Source: Sulfurospirillaceae bacterium
GTDB taxonomy: Bacteria; Campylobacterota; Campylobacteria; Campylobacterales; Sulfurospirillaceae
NCBI GenBank assembly: GCA_033723415.1
Contig: JAWVXD010000007.1
Location: forward strand, 32,001 to 96,000
Length of the DNA: 64,000 nt
Reading direction: 5' to 3'
The notes below the pieces were generated by a model that saw only the letters and a program-made list of their open reading frames with translations, did not search any database and had not been told where the DNA came from. Position 1 is the first letter of the stretch; each line of letters begins with the position of its first letter. Made by a program: the position numbers and the translations under genes. Below, one piece after another: positions 1-9,369 of this stretch.

Positions 1-2
1 GG

Positions 3-131
3 GTTCGCATCAAAACCCCGACCTACTCACAAGTCCCTACTTTTATTAGGATTTTCAAGGGTGCCAATTATGCCGATGCACATGCGATATTGGCTTCACT
101 GGACCCTTGCATGTCATGTACGGCAAAATAG
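3..131 (+). CDS. C-terminal fragment of group 4 [NiFe]-hydrogenase large subunit (EchE/CooH/HycE-like), truncated by window start
   Basis: Manual translation from base 3: VRIKTPTYSQVPTFIRIFKGANYADAHAILASLDPCMSCTAK*; DPCxxC L2 Ni-binding motif; followed by a NuoI-like gene. Confidence 0.85.
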   Translation, partial: VRIKTPTYSQVPTFIRIFKGANYADAHAILASLDPCMSCTAK

Positions 132-140
132 GATGCTAAA

Positions 141-533
141 ATGATACTCTCTATGATTGAATCTTTTACGAATCTCTTCAAAAAACCACTCACTCACGAC
201 TATCCCAAGATACCCTTGCCAAAAATTGAGCATTATCGAGGCTTGATCAAATACACCCTCGCAGAGTGCATCTTTTGCGACAAATGTGAAAAAGTCTGTC
301 CGACCAAAGCGATCATCTTCACACAAAATCTTGATGGCACTAAAGTTTATCATTATAATCATCATCTCTGTATATATTGCGGTGAGTGCGTGCGAGATTG
401 TCCTAAGATGGATCTTGCACTCACGCAAAGCGATGAAAAACCTGGTATTGAACTAGGTGTAAACGACATCAGTGAAACTTGGAAAGCTTTGCAAGAGAGG
501 GCAAAACAAGACAGGATCGACTACAAGAAGTAA
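141..533 (+). CDS. 2x[4Fe-4S] subunit of group 4 hydrogenase (EchF/CooX/NuoI-like)
   Basis: CIFCDKCEKVCP and CIYCGECVRDCP motifs; KKPLTHDYP...YRG NuoI-type N-terminus. Confidence 0.85.
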   Translation: MILSMIESFTNLFKKPLTHDYPKIPLPKIEHYRGLIKYTLAECIFCDKCEKVCPTKAIIFTQNLDGTKVYHYNHHLCIYCGECVRDCPKMDLALTQSDEKPGIELGVNDISETWKALQERAKQDRIDYKK

Positions 534-547
534 AACCAAAGCCTCTG

Positions 548-1447
548 CTAAAGAGTCTCTTTAATGATCTTTCTCCTCTTGAAATGATTCATAGATGAAA
601 TAAGCGAACCCAAGATGATCAACGCACAAGCGATCCAGATATTGTAGCTGGCTTTTGAGAGACCAAGCGCGATGAGAAGCAGCGTTGAGAGAAGCGGTAT
701 CGCATAGGCTAAAGTACCCAAAAGTTTGATGTCGCCATTTTTCAAACCATAATCCCAGACAAAAAAAGCACCTCCAACCGGTCCAAGACCCAGCATGAGG
801 ATCGCAAACAGTTCTTTAGTATTGGGGATCACCGTTGTTTCAAATATGAAGTGAAACAGGAGCGCTAGCACGGCAGTCGCACCACAAAAGCCACCAACGG
901 CACTGGTTGGAATCTTTGCAAAGTAGCGTGAAAGAACCGAGTAAGTCGCCCAGATCATCGCACAAGTAAAAGCAAAGAGGTAACCGTTTAGATACTGCGC
1001 TTGAAAATGAAATCCATGTCCCCCGCCAACTAAAAAAGCAACCCCTATCAAACCGCAAATCGCACCTACTACGTGAAACCATCTTAATTTTTCGTTTGGA
1101 AGAAATGAGCTAAACAGTACGATAAAAAGAGGCCAAAGGTAATTGATAAGATTGGCTTCCACAGCGGGCGCATTTTGTATGGCTAAAAAATAAAAAAAAT
1201 GATAGCCAAAAAGCCCGCCGACTCCGACAAGCCAAACTTTTATCGGATGTTTTAGATGGATTAAAATACCTTTTCTCTGCTTCTTCCATAAAATAAGTCC
1301 TATAAAAAATGCTATGAAAAACGACATCGAGGTGAGTTCAAGCGGTGGGATTCTTCTTGCTAAAACACCAAAACTGGCTAATGTTGCCCAAAATATAATA
1401 GCAATAAGTCCGACAATATTTCCTAAAAAAATATTTTGTTTTATCAC
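548..1447 (-). CDS. DMT/EamA family transporter (YddG-like)
   Basis: About 10 hydrophobic segments; APAVEANLINYLWP motif; start moved to GTG at 1447 behind SD-like AAGGGG. Confidence 0.85.
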   Translation of the reverse strand: MIKQNIFLGNIVGLIAIIFWATLASFGVLARRIPPLELTSMSFFIAFFIGLILWKKQRKGILIHLKHPIKVWLVGVGGLFGYHFFYFLAIQNAPAVEANLINYLWPLFIVLFSSFLPNEKLRWFHVVGAICGLIGVAFLVGGGHGFHFQAQYLNGYLFAFTCAMIWATYSVLSRYFAKIPTSAVGGFCGATAVLALLFHFIFETTVIPNTKELFAILMLGLGPVGGAFFVWDYGLKNGDIKLLGTLAYAIPLLSTLLLIALGLSKASYNIWIACALIILGSLISSMNHFKRRKIIKETL

Positions 1448-1515
1448 ATCCCCCTTAATTTTGATGTATTTTAACATAATTGTAATATAATTAAAGCAAG
1501 AAAAAGGAGCGTTCT

Positions 1516-3150
1516 ATGCAATATGCAAGTATCTTTATACAAGCATTTTCAGGTCTTGGACTTTTTCTTTTTGGGATGTATTATCTTGAATCTCAAATCA
1601 AAGAATCAGCCGGCCGTTCATTTAGAAAGATGATGAGAAATGCGACTGATACAAATCTTAAAAGTCTTTTTATAGGTATCACGGCTACCACGATCTTCCA
1701 AAGCTCTTCTCTTGTCTCCTTGATGGTGCTCTCTTTGATCGGTGCAGAGCTCATGAGTATCCAAAGTGCCGTTTCGGTCATCATCGGGGCAAATCTTGGA
1801 ACAACGGCAACAGCGTGGATAATGGCAATAGTCGGTTTTAAGATGAATATTAGACTAATCTCATTTGCGATAGTCGGACTTGGAGGTCTTGGCAAGGTCC
1901 TTGTCATGGAAGACAACAAATGGAAAAGCTATAGCGGGATCTTAATCGGCGTAGGTCTTATATTTTTAGGACTGGCCGAGATGAAAGAGAGTCTGGGAGT
2001 ATTTGCCAATAATTTTGATGTTTCTTCTATAAAATTAGAGAATCCTTATTGGTATGCTATTATCGGGCTTGTCTTAACTGCCATCATTCAATCTAGTTCA
2101 GCTTCCATAGCGATAATACAAAGTGCCCTCTTTGCAAATCTCATATCTTTTCATGCGGCAGGTGCATTTGTCATAGGAGCAAATATGGGAACGACCGTGA
2201 CGATCATACTCGGTGCAATCGGCGGTATTTCAAACAAAAAAAGAACGGCTGCAGCTCATGTCATCTTCAATATAACAACAGATTTGATAGCCCTTTCTCT
2301 ATTGTACCCTCTGGTCTGGATTGTAAACTTTTTACTCCCATCGGTAGATAGTGTTATAAAGATAGCACTTTTTCATTCACTCTTCAATTTTATCGGTGTT
2401 ATGATATGGTTTCCATTTGTACCAAAATTCGCCTTCTTCCTTAAAAACTTTTTTAAAACAAAACCTTTTAACATCACAAGATACATACATCAAATTCCCG
2501 TTCATGATGCAGATATTGCCATAGATGCCCTCAGAAAAGAGATCGAACATCTTAGTGATGAAATAGAAAAATTTGCCCTTTTTGCGATCAATGTACCGGA
2601 CGCTATGATCTTAGAAAAAAACAACACGATCGATACCTCGATATTAACACAATACAAGGATGATATCGACATGCCATATCGAGAAATTTATGAAAAAATA
2701 CGTGCCTTAGAAGGTGAGATTTACCGTTACATCTCAACTATCAGTACCAAAAATCAAGATAAAACTGATCAAGAGATCTTAGATCATCTATATAGAAAAA
2801 CGTCTTATCTGGCAACAGCATCTAAATCCATAAAAGATATGCTTCAAGATCTAAGAGAACTATACAATGCTACAAGTATAGAGGAACAAGAGTTTTATGA
2901 AAATTTACGCACTCAAATCCTAAAAAACACTTTGGCATATCATCAAGCAAGGATCGGAAATAAAATATATGTAGAAGAAATTCAAACGATGTATGACGAT
3001 ATAGCATATTCTTATAGTGACAACGTGAAAATGATAGAAGAAATAGCCAAAAATATGGACATCAAATCAGAAATGACAGCAATCGTGATCAATGATATGT
3101 ATCTTGTAAAAAGCTTTTCAAAATCACTATTAAATGCTTTAAATGCATAA
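1516..3150 (+). CDS. Na/Pi cotransporter family protein
   Basis: Two QSSS...GAN(L/M)GTT repeats; soluble helical C-terminus; SD AAGGAG. Confidence 0.9.
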   Translation: MQYASIFIQAFSGLGLFLFGMYYLESQIKESAGRSFRKMMRNATDTNLKSLFIGITATTIFQSSSLVSLMVLSLIGAELMSIQSAVSVIIGANLGTTATAWIMAIVGFKMNIRLISFAIVGLGGLGKVLVMEDNKWKSYSGILIGVGLIFLGLAEMKESLGVFANNFDVSSIKLENPYWYAIIGLVLTAIIQSSSASIAIIQSALFANLISFHAAGAFVIGANMGTTVTIILGAIGGISNKKRTAAAHVIFNITTDLIALSLLYPLVWIVNFLLPSVDSVIKIALFHSLFNFIGVMIWFPFVPKFAFFLKNFFKTKPFNITRYIHQIPVHDADIAIDALRKEIEHLSDEIEKFALFAINVPDAMILEKNNTIDTSILTQYKDDIDMPYREIYEKIRALEGEIYRYISTISTKNQDKTDQEILDHLYRKTSYLATASKSIKDMLQDLRELYNATSIEEQEFYENLRTQILKNTLAYHQARIGNKIYVEEIQTMYDDIAYSYSDNVKMIEEIAKNMDIKSEMTAIVINDMYLVKSFSKSLLNALNA

Positions 3151-3167
3151 GAAAATTTATCAAATTA

Positions 3168-3176
3168 TGATATAAT
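3168..3176 (+). promoter_or_regulatory. Extended -10 (TGaTATAAT), probable leaderless promoter of Crp/Fnr gene
   Basis: 5 nt upstream of ATG 3182; no SD. Confidence 0.6.
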
Positions 3177-3181
3177 TTAAT

Positions 3182-3862
3182 ATGGCTAAAAATCAAGAAA
3201 TACAAATATTTCAGGGCTTTGACAACGCATTTAAACAGGAAATAAGTTCGTATGCAAAGTTGGTCCGTTTCGAAAAAGGAAATATCCCATTTTTTGCGGA
3301 TGACTTGTTAAAACATTTTTATTCTATCCTTGATGGCAGGATCAAAGCTTATCAGTTAAATTTGGAAACTTTAAAAGAACAAACCATTTTTATTTACAGA
3401 AAAGGAGATATGCTTGATACGGTCATATTGTTGGACAAGCTCTCTCACAATCTGATATATGATGCATTGGAAGATACTCAAGCCCTTCAATTTCCTATAG
3501 AAAAAGTGCGAGAGTGGATTGATACAAAACCTGAATTTAACAAGAAATTTTTTCCTTACATCGCATCACAGATGAGAAATACCGAGCAATTGGCAGCTGA
3601 TTTATCACTGTATGATACGATGCACAGACTCATCAGTTTATTGCTTGAAAACATGAATCAAAAGAATACCTTCAAATACAATCTCTTACACGACCTATCA
3701 AATACAGAAATCGCAAATCTTATCGGAACGGTCAGACAAGTCGTAGAACGACACCTCAAGGATTTAAAAAAACAAAACGTACTCGACACGACGCGAAAAA
3801 ACGTTTCTCTCAAAGATATCACAAAGCTTTTAAAAAAGATCGAACAATTGCAACTTAAGTAG
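3182..3862 (+). CDS. Crp/Fnr family transcriptional regulator
   Basis: N-terminal cNMP-binding-like domain; HTH LSNTEIANLIGTVRQVVERHLKDL. Confidence 0.9.
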   Translation: MAKNQEIQIFQGFDNAFKQEISSYAKLVRFEKGNIPFFADDLLKHFYSILDGRIKAYQLNLETLKEQTIFIYRKGDMLDTVILLDKLSHNLIYDALEDTQALQFPIEKVREWIDTKPEFNKKFFPYIASQMRNTEQLAADLSLYDTMHRLISLLLENMNQKNTFKYNLLHDLSNTEIANLIGTVRQVVERHLKDLKKQNVLDTTRKNVSLKDITKLLKKIEQLQLK

Positions 3863-3864
3863 CA
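3849..3864 (+). promoter_or_regulatory. Putative Crp/Fnr box TGCAAC-TTAA-GTAGCA for the hsp20 promoter
   Basis: Near-palindrome 22 nt upstream of -10 TAAAAT (3887-3892). Confidence 0.55.
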
Positions 3865-3915
3865 TTATCCAAACTCTTTATTGTTGTAAAATTACTACAA
3901 AAAAAGGAGTCTATC

Positions 3916-4362
3916 ATGTTTATAACCAAATATAATCCGTTCCCCGGATCCAAAAAAAGCAGTGTTAAGTATGATATCGTCAATGATTTCATGAATTTTT
4001 TTGATACAAGATTCGATGAATCAAATCTCATTGACTTTAGACCTAAAGTCAACACGGTAGAGGGTGAAAATGCCTACCATGTAGAAGTAGACCTACCAGG
4101 TGTAAAAAAAGAAGATATCAACGTAAACGTCGAAGATAATGTTTTGACGATATCCGGAGAGAGAAAAGTCAAAAAAGAGGTTAAAGAAGAAGATTATTAC
4201 AAAATGGAAAGCTCATACGGCAGCTTTTCGAGAAGCTTTACGCTACCTGAAAAAGTAGACGTGGAAAATATTCACGCCAACACTGAAGACGGAGTCTTGG
4301 AAGTCGTCATTCCAAAACTTGAAGTCGCTGAAAGTAAAGCTAAAAAAATTGAGATCAAATAA
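3916..4362 (+). CDS. Hsp20/alpha-crystallin small heat-shock protein
   Basis: DLPGVKKEDI, YGSFSRSFTLP, DGVLEVVIPK, C-terminal IEI. Confidence 0.95.
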   Translation: MFITKYNPFPGSKKSSVKYDIVNDFMNFFDTRFDESNLIDFRPKVNTVEGENAYHVEVDLPGVKKEDINVNVEDNVLTISGERKVKKEVKEEDYYKMESSYGSFSRSFTLPEKVDVENIHANTEDGVLEVVIPKLEVAESKAKKIEIK

Positions 4363-4377
4363 GATAAAGGAGTTAGA

Positions 4378-4803
4378 ATGGACTTTATAAAAGATTCAAA
4401 AGATGCTTTAAATGCCATTGAAGATAAAGTTGAAAAAAGCTGGGAAGTCGCAAAAGATAAATTAGGTAATATCGTGAGTTATTTACCTTTTGCAAACATG
4501 GCAAAACACAGTCCAAACACTATAGATATTGAAATTGATCTACCAGGAGTTAAAAAAGAAGATATTAGTCTCACCGTTGAAGACAATGTTTTAACGCTCA
4601 GTGCCACAAGGAAGATGAAGCATGAGGCTAAAGAAGAAGATTATTATCTGTGCGAAAGTAGCTTTGGGCTCATCTCCAGAAGTTTTGTCATCCCAAATAA
4701 TATTGATAAAGATAAAATAAACGCCCAGTATGAAGATGGTATTTTATATATCACTTTTGAAAAAGAAGAATCAAAAAAAGCCAGAAATATTTCTATCAAA
4801 TAA
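4378..4803 (+). CDS. Hsp20/alpha-crystallin small heat-shock protein (second copy, different N-terminus)
   Basis: DLPGVKKEDI, YEDGILYI, C-terminal ISI. Confidence 0.95.
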   Translation: MDFIKDSKDALNAIEDKVEKSWEVAKDKLGNIVSYLPFANMAKHSPNTIDIEIDLPGVKKEDISLTVEDNVLTLSATRKMKHEAKEEDYYLCESSFGLISRSFVIPNNIDKDKINAQYEDGILYITFEKEESKKARNISIK

Positions 4804-4810
4804 TCAAAGT

Positions 4811-4839
4811 ATGATGAGGCACTTTGGTTGTCTCATCAT
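4811..4839. terminator. Hairpin between convergent hsp20 and cfa
   Basis: ATGATGAGgca...tgtCTCATCAT inverted repeat. Confidence 0.65.
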
Positions 4840-4845
4840 GCGATC

Positions 4846-5970
4846 TTATCTTTTATACTCCACTTTCCTACCATGTTTTGAAAAAAGAATTTGCCACACT
4901 TGATTGATTCTAGATCTAAAGGTCGCGGCTGAAGAAAGCAGATAATATTCCCACATCTTATAAAATCTTAAATCGTATTTATTGCTTATTTCAGGCCACG
5001 CTCTTTTAAAATTTTCATACCACTGCATCAGTGTATAATCATATTGCGGACCAAAATTGTGCCAATCTTCTATCACAAATATATTTTCCGCCGCTTTGGC
5101 TATCTGAGTGGCCGATGGCAGCATAGAATTTGGAAAGATATACTTATCGATCCATGGATCGGTATATTTGACACTGACATTACTTCCTATGGTATGCAAT
5201 AAAAAAAGTCCATCTTCTTTTAGATTTTTAGATACTATAGACATAAAATTTTTATAATTTTTATATCCAACATGTTCGAACATTCCTATAGACACAATGT
5301 GATCAAACTTTTCATCTAGTTCACGATAATCTTGCAATCTAAACTCTATAGGCAGATCACCTTTTGTTTCATTTCCATACTTTATCTGTTCTTTGGATAT
5401 TGAGATACCAACACATCTTGCACCGTATTTCTCAGCAGCATAATGCATAAAACTTCCCCAACCGCATCCTATGTCAAGAACTTCATCACCTTCTTTTAAT
5501 CCGATTTTTCGACATATCATATCAAGCTTATGTTCTTGTGCTTCATCAAGATTTTTTGCAGCATCTAGATCTTGAAAACTGTCCCAATACCCACAGGTAT
5601 ATACCAAGCGTTTATCTAGCATTCTGGAGTAAAGATCATTACCTATATCATAATGTTGTCTGCCGACTTTCAAAGCATTTTCTCCTTTTTGAGGATTAAA
5701 AAGAAAAGATTTGAAATAATAAGGCAGCATTGCAATTGATTTTATTTGGTTTTCCAATTGGTTAGAGAAAATTATGGTGAAGAATTGATCAAGCCGCTTA
5801 ACGCTCCACCAATCATCCATATATGCCTCTCCGAAAGCTAGAGATCCTCCACGAAAAGTACGTTCATAAAAATTATCGTTATGAACTTGAATATCCCAAG
5901 GATTTTTTCCGTTTACCTCGATTCCTGCCTTTTCAAAAATCGAGATACCTTTTTCTTTAAATGAGAACAT
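4846..5970 (-). CDS. cfa: Cyclopropane-fatty-acyl-phospholipid synthase
   Basis: HYDIGNDLY, YTCGYW, VLDIGCGWG, SIGMFEHVG, WIDKYIFP. Confidence 0.93.
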   Translation of the reverse strand: MFSFKEKGISIFEKAGIEVNGKNPWDIQVHNDNFYERTFRGGSLAFGEAYMDDWWSVKRLDQFFTIIFSNQLENQIKSIAMLPYYFKSFLFNPQKGENALKVGRQHYDIGNDLYSRMLDKRLVYTCGYWDSFQDLDAAKNLDEAQEHKLDMICRKIGLKEGDEVLDIGCGWGSFMHYAAEKYGARCVGISISKEQIKYGNETKGDLPIEFRLQDYRELDEKFDHIVSIGMFEHVGYKNYKNFMSIVSKNLKEDGLFLLHTIGSNVSVKYTDPWIDKYIFPNSMLPSATQIAKAAENIFVIEDWHNFGPQYDYTLMQWYENFKRAWPEISNKYDLRFYKMWEYYLLSSAATFRSRINQVWQILFSKHGRKVEYKR

Positions 5971-6059
5971 TTCATACTACTCCTTTTCGTTAAACTAACC
6001 TACAGGTAAAGTAGTTTGTACTCGCTAATTCCTAATTTAAAATTTTATCTTTAACGCCT

Positions 6060-6122
6060 ATTATAGCATTTTAAATTTTAACACCTTATTTTTATAATAT
6101 ACAATTAATATTTTGGTATAAT
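6060..6122. promoter_or_regulatory. Divergent extended -10 promoters for cfa (minus, 6060-6068) and the StbB-like gene (plus, 6114-6122)
   Basis: TGcTATAAT on minus and TGgTATAAT on plus. Confidence 0.6.
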
Positions 6123-6150
6123 AATCCGAGAACTTTAAAAAGGAACAAAA

Positions 6151-6939
6151 ATGAATTTACTTGTTATTAATCTTAAAGGTGGAGCTGCTAAAACAACCAA
6201 CTCTTCTATAATTGCCTGTTACTTACCTGGTAGTGTTTTGTTGGAAATAGACAAAATAAACAGAAGTGATGTCAAAATCGACAGTAACGGCTTTTACAAA
6301 TCTAGACAGATTGACTTCCAAAACGAAACAAGTAAAGAATTTCTTGAATTTGAAAACTTTTTGATCGAAGAAGGTATTAAGATCATTGATGTCGGAGCGA
6401 TTAAATTAGAAACTTTCCATAATGCTATGAAAACTGCAAACCTTTATGATACTATCGACCTACTTATAATTCCTGCGATGGACGGAAGTGACGATTTTAC
6501 AGTTGCTATGGATTATTTAGAAAGTGTTAAAGGACTCATAGATCCAAGCAAGATCATGTTCAGCTTCAACAGATTTAATGAACACGAATATACAGATATA
6601 AAAGAACAGTTTGACAGTTTTTTCAATAACGCAGAAGCTATAAAAAGCAAATATAATATAGACTTAAATGATCCTGACAACTATTATGTTCTAAAAGACA
6701 GCAAAGCTATAAAACAAGCTAGGAAACTCGGCAGAACGATTAGATCTTTGGTTGATCAAGATCTAGAGAAAATCACACAAGAACAGAGAATGCCTGGAAT
6801 CGATAGAAATACAAGAATGGAACTCACAAAAAGAAGAACTCTTGTAAACTCTGCTAAAAAATTCTATGAAAACTTCATAGAAAGTATGATGGAAAAAATC
6901 AAAAATAAACTAGCTAAAAAAATATCATCAATTAAATAA
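6151..6939 (+). CDS. ParA/MinD-superfamily ATPase, StbB-like
   Basis: Deviant Walker A NLKGGAAKTT; IIDVGA; LLIIP; FSFNRF, resembling plasmid StbB as recalled. Confidence 0.6.
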   Translation: MNLLVINLKGGAAKTTNSSIIACYLPGSVLLEIDKINRSDVKIDSNGFYKSRQIDFQNETSKEFLEFENFLIEEGIKIIDVGAIKLETFHNAMKTANLYDTIDLLIIPAMDGSDDFTVAMDYLESVKGLIDPSKIMFSFNRFNEHEYTDIKEQFDSFFNNAEAIKSKYNIDLNDPDNYYVLKDSKAIKQARKLGRTIRSLVDQDLEKITQEQRMPGIDRNTRMELTKRRTLVNSAKKFYENFIESMMEKIKNKLAKKISSIK

Positions 6940-6945
6940 ATCGCC

Positions 6946-6991
6946 AAATCTTGCATGGAGTACTTATAAAGTACCGTTCCATGCAAGATTT
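6946..6991. terminator. Long bidirectional hairpin
   Basis: AAATCTTGCATGGA...TCCATGCAAGATTT (14 bp) with inner GTACT/AGTAC stem, between convergent genes. Confidence 0.75.
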
Positions 6992-6993
6992 AT

Positions 6994-7563
6994 TTAGCTT
7001 TCTCTAGCATCAGCTAAAGTTATAGCAAAAAGAACATTTATATTATGTTTTTCACAAATTTCTCTAGCCTCCATCAAAGTATGCCCTGAAGTGACAATGT
7101 CATCTAATAAGATAACATTTATACCCTCTTTGCAAGATAGTCTAAAATTTCTCTTTTGAGTCTTTCTTATATTTAATTTCTGACCGGAGTATCTTATTTT
7201 GTTTTTGGCCCTAAGCGAACCAAAAATTGGTTTTACATAATCCTTTACTGCTTGTGCCATAACTGCAGTATGAGAGTACCCTCCTCTTGTGTGATCGTCC
7301 ACCGGAAGCAAATATACATCCTCAATATTTACAGTCTTTAAAAATGGCAAGATAGCATTGTCGCTAAGTTGTGAAAAAACTTTTGCGCCGATATATGTGT
7401 GTTTTGTGTGTAATAATTTTGATAATTCGCTGTATTTATAAAAGGAGTAGACCACAAACCCATCATCTAAAATTCTTTTTTGAAGAGTGGGTTTGAGGAT
7501 TGTTTTCAGGCAATTTTTACATATGACGTGCAGACTATAATCTAAGCATAGAAGGCAACGCAT
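6994..7563 (-). CDS. ComF family (zinc ribbon + phosphoribosyltransferase) protein
   Basis: CLLC..CKNC; VILLDDIVTSGHT. Confidence 0.88.
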   Translation of the reverse strand: MRCLLCLDYSLHVICKNCLKTILKPTLQKRILDDGFVVYSFYKYSELSKLLHTKHTYIGAKVFSQLSDNAILPFLKTVNIEDVYLLPVDDHTRGGYSHTAVMAQAVKDYVKPIFGSLRAKNKIRYSGQKLNIRKTQKRNFRLSCKEGINVILLDDIVTSGHTLMEAREICEKHNINVLFAITLADARES

Positions 7564-7572
7564 ATTTGCTCT

Positions 7573-9369
7573 TTAGTCTAACTTTAGAACAGTCAAAAAT
7601 GCTTCTTGAGGAAGTTGTACTCTTCCTATAGATTTCATCCTTTTTTTACCTGCTTTTTGTTTTTCTAAAAGCTTTCTTTTTCTTGTGATATCTCCACCGT
7701 AACATTTGGCAGTAACATTTTTCCCCATAGACTTTACGGTTTCTCTAGCTATAACTTTATTGCCTATGCTCGCTTGAATAGCTACTTCAAAAAGCTGTCT
7801 TGGGACGATCTCTTTCATAGCTTTTACAAACTCTCTACCTTTACTCGTAGCACTTTCTCTTGGAACGATAATAGAGAGTGCATCCACGACTTCACCAGCG
7901 ACCAAAACATCAAGCTTGACTAAATCACCTTCTCGATAATCGGTCTGTTCATAATCAAAACTTGCATAGCCTTTACTGACTGATTTGAGTTTATCATAGA
8001 AATCCATTACTATTTCATTCATAGGGATCGAATACTCCAAAAGTACCCTCTCTTCTGTAATATAATCCATCTTTTCTTGGATCGCTCTTTTTGTATTTAG
8101 AAGTGAAATAATATTTCCAAGAAAATCCGTAGGTGTCAAAATAGTAGCTTTGACATATGGTTCTGTTATCTTTACTATCTCATTTACAGGCGGCAATTGA
8201 CTTGGATTTTGTATCTCTAGTATTTCTCCGTTTGTTTTTTCCACATTATAAGTTACAGTAGGTGCTGTAGCTATCAAATCAAGACCAAATTCTCGCTCTA
8301 ACCTTTCTTTGACAACTTCCATATGTAAAAGTCCCAAGAATCCAACACGAAATCCAAAACCAAGTGCTACTGAAGTTTCAGGTTCATAAGATATGCTCGC
8401 ATCATTTAATTTTAATTTATTTAATGCGTCTCTTAGCTCTTCAAACTTATCTGTTTCTATTGGATAGATACCTGCGAAGACAAATGATTTTATCTCTTCA
8501 AATCCTTTAATAGGATTTTTTGTTTTATTTTTATTATCTGTAATAGTATCACCGACTCGAACATCTCCGATATTTTTAAGACCAAGTACAACGATACCTA
8601 CTTCTCCGGTTTTTATAGTAGGTGTTTTTTCCAACACTAAAGGGTGGGGATACATCAGATTTAAAACTTCATGTTTTTTCCCTGTTCCCATAACATATAC
8701 TTCTTGTCCCTTATTTATACTGCCATCATATACTCTCACAAGAGCAAGAGCTCCTAGATAATTATCAAACCAACTGTCATAAATGATCGCTTTTGTAGGG
8801 GCATCTTCGTCACCCTGTGGTGCAGGGATGATTTCTACGATCTTGTCTAAAAGTTCTCTTATTCCTTTGCCGCTTTTTGCACTTACTTCCAGTGCTTCAC
8901 TGCAATCTAACCCGATAACATGTTCTATCTCTTCTTTTACTCTCTCAGGCTCAGCAGCAGGCAAATCAATCTTATTAAGTACGGGGATAATTTCTAAGTT
9001 ATTTTCTAAGGCTATATAGACGTTTGCTATCGTTTGTGCTTCAACACCCTGAGAGGCATCTACAACCAATAATGCTCCATCACTAGAAGCAAGTGAGCGG
9101 GACACTTCATAAGAGAAGTCAACATGACCCGGAGTATCTATAAGATTCAAGATATATGGCTCACCGTCTTTGACATACGTCAAACGAACACTTTGAGCTT
9201 TGATAGTGATACCACGCTCTTTTTCTATATCCATGGTATCCATCATCTGAGCACTCATCTCTCTAGCACTAACTGCGCCACACTCCTGTATAAGACGATC
9301 GGCAAGTGTACTTTTGCCATGATCTATGTGAGCGATAATAGAAAAGTTTCTAATTCTGGATTTACTCAT
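7573..9369 (-). CDS. lepA: Elongation factor 4
   Basis: [38 protein letters not shown]. Confidence 0.98.
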   Translation of the reverse strand: MSKSRIRNFSIIAHIDHGKSTLADRLIQECGAVSAREMSAQMMDTMDIEKERGITIKAQSVRLTYVKDGEPYILNLIDTPGHVDFSYEVSRSLASSDGALLVVDASQGVEAQTIANVYIALENNLEIIPVLNKIDLPAAEPERVKEEIEHVIGLDCSEALEVSAKSGKGIRELLDKIVEIIPAPQGDEDAPTKAIIYDSWFDNYLGALALVRVYDGSINKGQEVYVMGTGKKHEVLNLMYPHPLVLEKTPTIKTGEVGIVVLGLKNIGDVRVGDTITDNKNKTKNPIKGFEEIKSFVFAGIYPIETDKFEELRDALNKLKLNDASISYEPETSVALGFGFRVGFLGLLHMEVVKERLEREFGLDLIATAPTVTYNVEKTNGEILEIQNPSQLPPVNEIVKITEPYVKATILTPTDFLGNIISLLNTKRAIQEKMDYITEERVLLEYSIPMNEIVMDFYDKLKSVSKGYASFDYEQTDYREGDLVKLDVLVAGEVVDALSIIVPRESATSKGREFVKAMKEIVPRQLFEVAIQASIGNKVIARETVKSMGKNVTAKCYGGDITRKRKLLEKQKAGKKRMKSIGRVQLPQEAFLTVLKLD

